A stretch of DNA of 64,000 nucleotides from assembly GCA_963727455.1 (NCBI GenBank), contig CAVSGG010000003.1, forward strand, positions 164,160 to 228,159, read 5' to 3'. Source of the DNA: Candidatus Krumholzibacteriota bacterium. Its GTDB lineage: Bacteria; Krumholzibacteriota; Krumholzibacteriia; JAJRXK01. Positions 38,798-47,388 of the stretch are shown here, one piece after another. Made by a program: the position numbers and the translations under genes. Under the pieces are notes generated by a model. That model had not been told where the DNA came from. It saw only the letters and a program-made list of their open reading frames with translations, and searched no databases. How positions within the stretch are numbered: position 1 is the first letter of the stretch; each line of letters starts with the position of its first letter.

Positions 38798-40701
38798 CAC
38801 GACACCCTGACCACCTTGTCGCTGGTGAAGCAGGCGACCATCGCCGTGGAATCATCAAGAAAGACGGCGGCCGAGGGTCCGGGCGCCGCCTCGGGCAAGA
38901 GGGAAGTCCGCGCGGACAGCTCTGTCGCGTCCGCGGCGAGAATGGTGAGCTGATAGCTGTCATCGTAGAAAGAACTCGAGATGAGCATGAGCTGCGCGTC
39001 CTGGACGCGCAGATCGATGCCCCGCGAACCGGAGCCATGGGAAATCTCGGCCGCCCATTCGGGGACGCCATCTCGAGGCCAATGAAAACTGGTCAGACTC
39101 TCTTTGCCGAGGTTGCTCACGACGGCGACCTCGTCCAGGACCCTCAACTGCTCGGGATCGTTGCCCACTGCGGCGATTTTCAGCGCGTCCTGGGTGCCGG
39201 CCCGCCACAGATACAATGCCCCGGGTTCGCCCCCGCAGAGGACGAGCACGTCGCCTCCCCATTCGCGACGGCAGGCGCTGCGGATGGGGCCCGGAGCCTG
39301 CGGTAGCTCGCTCCCCGCGATGCGGGTGGCGGAGACTCGGTACTCGCCGAGCTGTGGATCGTACTCGAGAAACCTCACCTCGTTCAGTCCGTGCATCGCG
39401 TAGCAGATGCCGCCAGAAGCCGCGTCTCCGCCGTAGGGCGTCGCGTCACTCACGTCCGTACCCTCTTCCACCGTGATTGCACTTGCAAATGCACCCTGGC
39501 TGGAATCGTAGGGGGTGAAGCTCGCCCCTCCGGCCCCGAAGAGGAACAGGCCTCGCGCTGGCGCCACGGCTTTCGCGTCGCGGGGAGCGGCCGAGCCCGG
39601 AGCGCGTTCACTACTCAGCGCGACACCGCCCAGAATTTCCCCGAAGCCGAGGAAGTGATCGCTCACGATGTGCCCGTCCAGGGGATCGATGATGGGGACC
39701 CCATTCGAACCGCAAACCGCGACGGCAGTACGGGAAAAGGGGCCCCAGCCCGCGGGAAAGACGACCAAACCCTCCGGCTGAGTGGTTGCGACCGTGAAAA
39801 CGCTGTCCGCGGCTTGGGCCTGACGCGCGAAGACAGGAACCAAAAACTCCATGGTCCAACCCCCGTCCATCCTAGCCGAATCGACACTGAGGGAGCTGAA
39901 GCTGAGTTCCGCCCGGAATCGTCCGCTGAGCGCGCGCACCCACTGGTAGCTTGCCGCAGCCTTCGTGAACTCCGTGCCGGACTGCGCGTTCGTGGTCGCG
40001 AGTTCCACTGGCGAAGGACTCTGAAGCTCCAGCGGGCCGGGCTGTGGCGTTTCCGCCAGGCGATCCGTGTAGCTGATCGTCGCGCTGATTTTCGCGGTGG
40101 CTGTCTGTCGCACACTCGCCTTCACCGCAAACTGTTGTCCCACCACGCCCGAGGCGGGAACCGGGCCCAGACTCGCCTGCAGCCCATCGTCGATCACTCT
40201 CTGCACGAGCAGGTTCAGGGTATCCACTCGCGCCTCGAGCTCGACTTCGTCCAGAACGGCATTCAGCTTCAGTCGCTGGTTCGCGAGAGCCCGAAGCTTG
40301 TGCGCACCCGCCTTTCTGATCCAGGTGAAGCCGTGTCCATAGAGCGCCGCCTCGGTAGTGGCCAGGGAACTTACTTTCCACACCAGGGTCGCAGGCTGGG
40401 AAGGATACTGGTCGCTGGCGCTGATCCTGTACTGCTTGGGCGCCAGACTGTCCGCGCCCTGCGTCGCCGCGAGCGTCTCGATACTCAGCTCGACCGCCGT
40501 CGAGTAGCTTCCGGAGGGTATGAGAACACGTAGCTGTCCGTCGCTCGAAGCGAGACTGCCCCCCGAAGGAGAAATGGTCGCGCTCGTCAGAGTTGCGCTC
40601 GTATCGGCTGGACCCGTTGCGTCTCCCCCGGCACACGCGGAAAGGACCGCGAGCGACAGAAGAAGCATGAGCCCAGAGCCGGAGCACATACGACGCCGCA
40701 T
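38794..40701 (-). CDS. Hypothetical lipoprotein (ZU5-like N-terminal module, C-terminal beta-propeller-like region)
   Basis: Lipobox LSAC; ISPSGGSLASSDGQLRVLIPSG; repeated short-strand blades (QPEGLVV, VGNDPEQL, GSRGIDL, GPSAAVF). Confidence 0.6.
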   Translation of the reverse strand: MRRRMCSGSGLMLLLSLAVLSACAGGDATGPADTSATLTSATISPSGGSLASSDGQLRVLIPSGSYSTAVELSIETLAATQGADSLAPKQYRISASDQYPSQPATLVWKVSSLATTEAALYGHGFTWIRKAGAHKLRALANQRLKLNAVLDEVELEARVDTLNLLVQRVIDDGLQASLGPVPASGVVGQQFAVKASVRQTATAKISATISYTDRLAETPQPGPLELQSPSPVELATTNAQSGTEFTKAAASYQWVRALSGRFRAELSFSSLSVDSARMDGGWTMEFLVPVFARQAQAADSVFTVATTQPEGLVVFPAGWGPFSRTAVAVCGSNGVPIIDPLDGHIVSDHFLGFGEILGGVALSSERAPGSAAPRDAKAVAPARGLFLFGAGGASFTPYDSSQGAFASAITVEEGTDVSDATPYGGDAASGGICYAMHGLNEVRFLEYDPQLGEYRVSATRIAGSELPQAPGPIRSACRREWGGDVLVLCGGEPGALYLWRAGTQDALKIAAVGNDPEQLRVLDEVAVVSNLGKESLTSFHWPRDGVPEWAAEISHGSGSRGIDLRVQDAQLMLISSSFYDDSYQLTILAADATELSARTSLLPEAAPGPSAAVFLDDSTAMVACFTSDKVVRVSW

Positions 40702-40744
40702 CCACCCCAACTCTTCGCGCCAAGGGGAAGCCGTCCGACCGACC

Positions 40745-43240
40745 TCACGGTTGCTTGCGAATCCGCCGGTAGAGCTCGATGCCGTTGCCAACTCCACCTC
40801 CCACACCTTCGAGAGCTTCGAAGGGCGCGCCCGGTGCGTTCAACCAGGGTCTCGGATCGGTTTCCTTCACCTCGAACAAATCCTCCACCGAAGTCTGTCC
40901 CACCGCGACCACATCGATCCTCTTTTCACGCAACTCGTTCAACCAGTCTTCGCGGGTGCACGCCCGACAGGAGACGTCCTCCACATTGCGCATCAGATTG
41001 CGTCCATAGAAAGGATAGCGCAGCTGGGTCATGGCCACGCCCACCACCTCGTCCGCAGGTGCCTCTAGCGTATGCAGGTAGGGGAGATCATAGGACTTCT
41101 CTCGTTGAATCTCGCGAAACTCCCGTGCGCCGTGACTCCACAGAGCGAGCAGAAACAACGACACTGCCAGAAGTGCGGGAATCGCCACCACCTTTCTTTG
41201 CGGCTTCCGTCCCTCGTTTTTCGCATTTTCCTTCGGCCTGGTCAGATACATCCAGGCTCCCAGCAGCAGGAGCGAGAAGAGCACGATCTCCACCAGTTGG
41301 GCGCGCGGCAGCGCGGCGCGCAACGCTACCGACCACGCGCACATGAACACGGCAAAGACCACCAGGAGCATGCGCGAAACACGAGAGATGCCGAGTCCGA
41401 GCGCGGCGAGCACGGTGGCCATGGCTAGCTTGGGCAACGCGAAGCGCATGGCCTGTCCCGACCACAGGGTGTAGTGCCAGCTGTGGGTTCCGTTGTCTCC
41501 GCTGAACGGGGTGAAGCCGAAGAGAATTCCGCACGCGGCGATCGCGCCCAGGAGCAGCAGCTTGGTCGACAGCGCGCGCCGCGTACGCAGCCCATGCGCA
41601 ACGGCCACGACGGCGCCGGCGATGAGGACGAGAATGGGAAGTCCCAGCCACTGTCGGCCGTTGGCGATGGCAATGGACCAATCGTGAAGCGATAGGGGGT
41701 GGAAGACGGCGAAGAGATTGGTGTGCGCGAGTTTCGTACCGCTCAGTTCGCCGGGAAAGATCGGGTGCCCGAAAGCCCTCAGCTCCACGAGCCCAAGGGG
41801 ATTGCTCACCTGAATGAGATTCCGCAGATACCAGAACGAGGCCAGAGCGCAAGCAAGCAGCAGCGAGACCCAGCCCAAGAACTTCGGCCTCGCAAACGGA
41901 GCGGAGGAAGCTTCTGCAAGCTTGCGACTCAATCTGGACCAGATCCACAGCAGGAGAATCACCAGCCCCGCGTACAGCGGTCCGGTTGCCTTCAGTCCAC
42001 AAACGACGCCCAGCGTCAGAGCGACGAGAGGGAGACTCCTCTTGTGCCCGTGCGAATCCAAGAATCCGCCCAGACAGAGCGCGGCCGCAAAGAACGCCGC
42101 CAGCGGCAGATCGGACTTGATTTCTTCGGTCTGCATCAGCACGAGTGGAAAGGAAAGCAGGAGGAGAACACTGGCCGCCGCCGTCTGCGCCCTCGCGCCG
42201 GCGCGTCGCGCGAGAACGAAAACCGAGCAGCCCAGAATTGCGAACGCGCCCATCACCGGCGCCCCGAAGAGGAAGTCCTCGCGGAAGGGGAAGTAGCCGA
42301 GCAGACTCAGCAACTCCCAGTGCAGAGGGTAGTGCCCTGTTTGCCCCAGCCAGGGCAAGTTCACGATTCTGTGGTCTTGGATCCACTGGGCCATCAAGGG
42401 AAGATGGTAGGCGAGACCATCCCAATCGCTCATCGGTACGAGGAGGGTCTTGGCGAGGACGGCGAGGCCCAGAATGAGCGCCGCGCCCGCGAGAAAGAGC
42501 GAGCTGCGATCCCCACAAATGGGTAGAAGCCGCGGCACGGGACGCTTCGCCTTCGCCCAGAGCAACAGACCCGCAGCCAAGAGCGCGGCCTGAAGCGCAA
42601 AGAAGGGACCGGACCCGAGCATTCCAGCGCTCGAGAGCAAGAGCGCCGCACTGAGTTGGATCACCGTCCAAGAGACCAGGAGGGCCACCCACCCCTCGGC
42701 CCAGGAGGAGGGGCCACGCAACAGCACGAAGAGAAGGGGCAATGGGGCAAAAATCCACACCAGAGCGAGCGCAATGCCACCAAGATGGCTCATCCAGGAA
42801 AAATGCGCCGAGCTGGATTCCTGCCGCGTGGCGGTGGAATCCGCTCCGGTGATCATGCGACCCTGTTTCCACAGAATCGTCTCGGTCGGCCCCTGGGGAT
42901 CGTAGTACCGCCAGTTGCCGTCCATCTTGCCCTTACGGTAATAGCCCTCCTTGAGCAGAAACCCGTCCTCGTTCCACTCTCTCCAGAGTCCACTGCGAAG
43001 TCCGTGTCGATATTGACCTTGAAGCTGCTTTTGCCCGTTGGGAAAGAGAGCCTGGTAGGCGCCGTCGCTCTCGAATCTTCCATCCGGATAGCGCAGAGCC
43101 TGACTCGCCACGCGAGGTTTTCCGTTGGGCCAACGACTCACCTGGACGCCTCGTTTGGCGCGCAAGTCGTTGCCGAAGGCAACCGCGAGGAAGAGGATTC
43201 CCAAAAGAAGAAGCGATCCCACAATTTCGGAACGTTTCAT
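40745..43240 (-). CDS. MORN-variant repeat domain fused to a multi-pass GT-C-like glycosyltransferase
   Basis: Repeats WPNGK, FPNGQK, GLRSGLWREWNEDG, GKMDGNWRYYDPQG; then more than 12 TM with DWDGLAYHLP, KSD, GLK, WYLRN...NP, RF. Confidence 0.72.
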   Translation of the reverse strand: MKRSEIVGSLLLLGILFLAVAFGNDLRAKRGVQVSRWPNGKPRVASQALRYPDGRFESDGAYQALFPNGQKQLQGQYRHGLRSGLWREWNEDGFLLKEGYYRKGKMDGNWRYYDPQGPTETILWKQGRMITGADSTATRQESSSAHFSWMSHLGGIALALVWIFAPLPLLFVLLRGPSSWAEGWVALLVSWTVIQLSAALLLSSAGMLGSGPFFALQAALLAAGLLLWAKAKRPVPRLLPICGDRSSLFLAGAALILGLAVLAKTLLVPMSDWDGLAYHLPLMAQWIQDHRIVNLPWLGQTGHYPLHWELLSLLGYFPFREDFLFGAPVMGAFAILGCSVFVLARRAGARAQTAAASVLLLLSFPLVLMQTEEIKSDLPLAAFFAAALCLGGFLDSHGHKRSLPLVALTLGVVCGLKATGPLYAGLVILLLWIWSRLSRKLAEASSAPFARPKFLGWVSLLLACALASFWYLRNLIQVSNPLGLVELRAFGHPIFPGELSGTKLAHTNLFAVFHPLSLHDWSIAIANGRQWLGLPILVLIAGAVVAVAHGLRTRRALSTKLLLLGAIAACGILFGFTPFSGDNGTHSWHYTLWSGQAMRFALPKLAMATVLAALGLGISRVSRMLLVVFAVFMCAWSVALRAALPRAQLVEIVLFSLLLLGAWMYLTRPKENAKNEGRKPQRKVVAIPALLAVSLFLLALWSHGAREFREIQREKSYDLPYLHTLEAPADEVVGVAMTQLRYPFYGRNLMRNVEDVSCRACTREDWLNELREKRIDVVAVGQTSVEDLFEVKETDPRPWLNAPGAPFEALEGVGGGVGNGIELYRRIRKQP

Positions 43241-43396
43241 CAGAACACCCGTTCTTCCCCGTGATGCCGCCTTGATCCCAGGGCCCGCAAACTGGACGGG
43301 GCGGCATTTGGGCCCATTTTATGATAGTATTTCCAACACCTCAATCGGACTCCCGCGCCGGATTCTTTCGTTTTCCGGTGGAAAGGAAAAGATGAT

Positions 43397-43846
43397 ATGT
43401 CCACTGTCGCCACGCGCTCGAGGCAAACACTCTTGGCGATGTGTCTGCCTCTCATCGCTGTCGTCGTCATCATCGCGACACTTCCGGACGCATCCCATAC
43501 TCTCGCTTCTCGCACCACCCGCCAGGGTGCGAGCCCTTACGGTGCGGCGTCGATGCGCGCGAGCCTCGATCCGGAGACCGGCGCACTCTCGGTCAATCCC
43601 GTGCCAATCGGCTCCTTCAAGATGCTGGACAAGGCCCTGAATCGCTCGAGCGAAGGTCTCGTCCGGAAGACGCTGCCTGACGGCACGATAAGCATCGATC
43701 TGCAGGGCAGATTCATGAGTGCCAGCGTAGCCCATCTCGATGCGAAGGGTCATCTACACACCACCTGCACCGAAGACCTCGATACCGCCGTACAGGCGAT
43801 GGAGGGAACTTCACCGAAGAGCGGCCGCAAACTGGAGGTGAAGTGA
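43397..43846 (+). CDS. Small exported protein resembling the 'post-PEP-CTERM-1' domain family
   Basis: Hydrophobic N-terminus; MRASLDPETG...NRSSEGLV...PDG.I.IDLQGRFMS..VA..D..G.....C; 1 nt upstream of the peptidase ATG. Family name is from recall, not searched. Confidence 0.65.
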   Translation: MSTVATRSRQTLLAMCLPLIAVVVIIATLPDASHTLASRTTRQGASPYGAASMRASLDPETGALSVNPVPIGSFKMLDKALNRSSEGLVRKTLPDGTISIDLQGRFMSASVAHLDAKGHLHTTCTEDLDTAVQAMEGTSPKSGRKLEVK

Positions 43847-43847
43847 G

Positions 43848-45545
43848 ATGAAGCGCATCTTCGCCTCGGCACTTCTCACCCTCTTCCTTGCAACGAGTTC
43901 TCAGGCCGCCAACATCGTCATCATCAACAATGACGGTCCCGGCGAGGGCTTCAACGATCCCACTGTCGTCGCCCCGGTAGGGGGAAATCCGGGAACCACC
44001 ATCGGCCAGCAGCGTCTGAATGTCTTCCAGCATGCGGCTGACCTTTGGGGATCGATTCTCTCCTCCAGCGTCACCATTCAAGTGCAATCGAATTTCGATC
44101 CTCTCCCCTGCAGTGCGAGCAGCGGCGTCCTGGGTTCCGCAGGCCCCCCCACACTCTACAGTAACTTCCCCAATGCCGAGTGGACCTTCACCTGGTACCA
44201 CCCGGCGCTGGCCAATAAGTTGGCCGGAACGGATGTGGACCACGGATCCACCGTCGACATCGTGGCTACCTTCAACAGCAGCGTCGACAACAACAATTCC
44301 TGTCTGACCGGCACCAACTGGTACTACGGCTTCGACGGGAACGAAGGCAGTGACGTCGAGCTCTTGACGGTGATCCTGCACGAGCTCGGGCACGGACTCG
44401 GATTTTCCGAATTCGTGGACCACTCGACCGGACAATTCGTCCAGGGACTCCCGGACGTTTTCAGCCGCTTCATTTACGACGAGACGCAGCAGTTGAGTTG
44501 GCTCAACATGTCCGACGCGCAACGCGCGGCCTCGGCGATCAACACGGGCAATGTGGATTGGAATGGCTTTGCAGTCAGCTTCGCCGCGCCGTCCTTCTTG
44601 AATGCTCCTCCTGTGGTGCAGATCACGGCACCGATCGCCATCGCGGGGAGCTTCACCGAGGTCGGCACAGCGTCCTTCGGTCCACAGATCACCAGCAGCA
44701 ACATGGTGAGCGGCGAGGTTGTCCTCGCCGATGACGGGATCAGCTCGGGAAGCGACGCCTGCTCCGCCCTCATCAATGGAGCTGCCGTCTCGGGGAAGAT
44801 CGCGCTCATCGACCGAGGAACCTGCGCGTTCGTCGACAAGGTGAACAATGCACAGGCGGCGGGGGCAATCGGGGTCTTGGTCGTCAACAACACCTCTCCC
44901 GGCGTCCTCACCATGGGAGGATCCGATCCCGGCATCACCATTCCCGCTCTGATGATCACGCTCGCCGACGGGAACGCGATCAAGAACCAGCTGAACTTGT
45001 CGCAGACGGTTATGGCTACCATGACCGTGGACAACACTTCGCTTTCGGGCACCTACCCCGGAACCGGCCGGGTCCTGCTCTACACCCCGAATCCCCTGGA
45101 GCCGGGTTCTTCGGTCTCGCATTGGGACATCAGTGCGGCCCCGAATCTCCTCATGGAGCCCGCGATCAACAGCGATCTTCACGACAAGGTCGACCTGACG
45201 CGTTACGCCCTCGAGGACATCGGGTGGTTCATTCCGCGCTCCACCGCCAGTCCGGGCATCCCGGTGGCGCGTACCGAGCTGATCGGGAACGTTCCGAACC
45301 CCTTCAACCCGGCCACGAGCATTCGCTTCAATCTGGCTCGTCGTAGCGAAGTCAGTCTGAAGATCTACGACGATGCCGGCCGGCTGGTGCGGAATCTCTT
45401 CGAGGGCTCCCTCGATGCCGGTCCGCAATCGGTGAAATGGAATGGCCGAGACGATTCCGGAAAAGCAGTGGCCTCGGGCATTTACCACTATACCTTCCGC
45501 GCGGGGGATCACACCGAGAGCGGAAAAATGGCTCTTCTGAAGTAG
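43848..45545 (+). CDS. Secreted zinc metallopeptidase with inserted PA domain and C-terminal FlgD-Ig/T9SS-like sorting domain
   Basis: Signal ending SQA; HELGHGLG; PA GKIALIDRGTCAFVDKV.NAQAAGA; SHWD...LLM; NVPNPFNPATSIRF...IYD..GRLVR...WNGRD..G..VASGIY. Confidence 0.88.
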   Translation: MKRIFASALLTLFLATSSQAANIVIINNDGPGEGFNDPTVVAPVGGNPGTTIGQQRLNVFQHAADLWGSILSSSVTIQVQSNFDPLPCSASSGVLGSAGPPTLYSNFPNAEWTFTWYHPALANKLAGTDVDHGSTVDIVATFNSSVDNNNSCLTGTNWYYGFDGNEGSDVELLTVILHELGHGLGFSEFVDHSTGQFVQGLPDVFSRFIYDETQQLSWLNMSDAQRAASAINTGNVDWNGFAVSFAAPSFLNAPPVVQITAPIAIAGSFTEVGTASFGPQITSSNMVSGEVVLADDGISSGSDACSALINGAAVSGKIALIDRGTCAFVDKVNNAQAAGAIGVLVVNNTSPGVLTMGGSDPGITIPALMITLADGNAIKNQLNLSQTVMATMTVDNTSLSGTYPGTGRVLLYTPNPLEPGSSVSHWDISAAPNLLMEPAINSDLHDKVDLTRYALEDIGWFIPRSTASPGIPVARTELIGNVPNPFNPATSIRFNLARRSEVSLKIYDDAGRLVRNLFEGSLDAGPQSVKWNGRDDSGKAVASGIYHYTFRAGDHTESGKMALLK

Positions 45546-45553
45546 CCTGGGAT

Positions 45554-45588
45554 CGCGCGGGGGCGAAGCGACTATTCGCCTCCGCGCG
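45554..45588. terminator. Hairpin between convergent genes (possibly bidirectional terminator)
   Basis: CGCGCGGGGGCGAA-GCGACTA-TTCGCCTCCGCGCG: 14-bp stem with one G-U pair on the + strand; weak U-tract. Confidence 0.5.
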
Positions 45589-47263
45589 CGACTTTCGCTT
45601 CCTGTAACTCCGCCATCAATTGCATCAGAGCCTTGGTATTCGCGCGCAGTCTCATGGAATGTCGCGCTCCCCCCACCATTCCCGCGTAGCGAATTTCCAC
45701 CGGTGGCCCGGCCTGAATCGCGGCCGCCCCCTCTCCCTCCAGTTGGGAATAGAATCGCAGAAGCTCGCGAGTCAGGGACCGCAGCTCGATACGCGACATC
45801 ACCTGCACACCGGCTCCCGCCCAGCTCTGCAAACTCTCCAGAGCCGCCGGTTGGGTGTCTCCCTCACCCCCAAAGCGCTGCAGCACGGAATCCAGCTCCT
45901 GTTCGTCGTTCATGAGACAGAAGAGGAGGCGATCGCCGCGGGCGGCCAGATGCAGGCGCGGCAAAAACTTCTCCAGGAAAGCAACCGTGGTCTGGACATC
46001 CTGCGGCGGTTGCGCGGTCGCGTTGGAATCAGCGAGCACTTTCTCCAAACGGGCCGGGTCGAATCGCCACTCGTAATCGTGTCTCGTCATCCGATCCGCC
46101 GAACTGGCCGCGTCCTCGAGCCGCTCCAGACGGAGGCCCAGATCGGCTTCGGGAAGACTCATCAACAGCGCATCGAGGTCCCCCAGCGCCGCACCGGCGT
46201 CCTCGACCTTGGCTACCTGCACCCACTGAATCGTTCCCTGGTGAATCCGCGCGGTGGTTGCTGACACCTCCTGCAGCGAACGCCACTTCCTGCGAGCCGT
46301 CTGGAGCCAGGCGCTCGCGGGTTCGCGTTCGTCCTTGGGAAGATTGGACGCGAGCTTGGAGTCTCCCAGCTCCTCGAGAAAAGGCACGTTCTTGTAGAGC
46401 AGAGACAGGTTGGTGGCGCTGATTCCCAAGAGGTCCCCGTAGTCCGGCAAATACTTCGTGAGTTGCAAGGCCTCGTCGAGGGCCGGCTGGGGGCCCGCAT
46501 CCAGGACCGAACGCGCATTGATGTCCAGAGCAAGAGAACATTCGAGAGAGCCTCCATCCTCTCCCAGAGTCAATTCCAGGCTACGCGCGGAGTTCATGAG
46601 CGCGGTCGCGAGTCCGAATACTTCTGGCGGGGGTTGATTCGCGCTGGGTGCATTCGCCGATTTCTGCTGCATGGACTGCATCATCATCTCGATCATCGGC
46701 CGGGTGATGGCGAAGACCGTCTCCAGATCGATGCGCCCCACCAACTGCGCGCTGGAAATCCCGTCCAAGAAGGCAGGAACCTCTCCGCTCGCGGTGTAGT
46801 TCTGAATCGCCGAGAGAGCCAAGTAGCCTCCGCCGGTTTCCGCAGAAGCGAAGCCGCTTGCCATAGCAAGAGTCTCCGCGTCCACCTCCGGATCGTTCAC
46901 GGGAATCAAGAGAGTTACCTGGGGTTCCGGCGCTCCGTAGCTCAAGTCCAGGGTGGCCACCAGAACCATGGGCTTCGTGCGGTCGATCAAATCCTTGATT
47001 CGACTCAATCCCTCGGGGAAATAATCCAGAACGTCACTCTTGAGCGACGAATCCGCTTTCTTCAGTTCACCTGTCACGCTGTTGAGAGTCTGTTCGCACT
47101 GGTCTAGTGAAGAAAGATAGAGCACCGCCACCGGATTCTCGGGTAAGAGCATCAGGGCTTGGGTGGGAACCGGAGCCGGCGGACCGGCGGCGAGCGTGGC
47201 GCCGCTGGCGAGGAGCAGAGCGAACAGAATGGAAACGAATACGAAACGTGGCGATGCAGACAT
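45572..47263 (-). CDS. Hypothetical exported protein
   Basis: AGGAG SD, signal peptide ending TLA, long ORF; no recognised domain. Confidence 0.65.
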   Translation of the reverse strand: MSASPRFVFVSILFALLLASGATLAAGPPAPVPTQALMLLPENPVAVLYLSSLDQCEQTLNSVTGELKKADSSLKSDVLDYFPEGLSRIKDLIDRTKPMVLVATLDLSYGAPEPQVTLLIPVNDPEVDAETLAMASGFASAETGGGYLALSAIQNYTASGEVPAFLDGISSAQLVGRIDLETVFAITRPMIEMMMQSMQQKSANAPSANQPPPEVFGLATALMNSARSLELTLGEDGGSLECSLALDINARSVLDAGPQPALDEALQLTKYLPDYGDLLGISATNLSLLYKNVPFLEELGDSKLASNLPKDEREPASAWLQTARRKWRSLQEVSATTARIHQGTIQWVQVAKVEDAGAALGDLDALLMSLPEADLGLRLERLEDAASSADRMTRHDYEWRFDPARLEKVLADSNATAQPPQDVQTTVAFLEKFLPRLHLAARGDRLLFCLMNDEQELDSVLQRFGGEGDTQPAALESLQSWAGAGVQVMSRIELRSLTRELLRFYSQLEGEGAAAIQAGPPVEIRYAGMVGGARHSMRLRANTKALMQLMAELQEAKVARGGE

Positions 47264-47388
47264 GGAGACTCCTGGGACGAGAAGGGAACGGCGAATCCAG
47301 GACAAGTTTCTCGTTTCCGTGAGGATCTGGCAAGGGAAGGGTATGCGGAAGCCCTTGTGGGTGTATCTTGGAGGCGGGAGAGGAGCGC

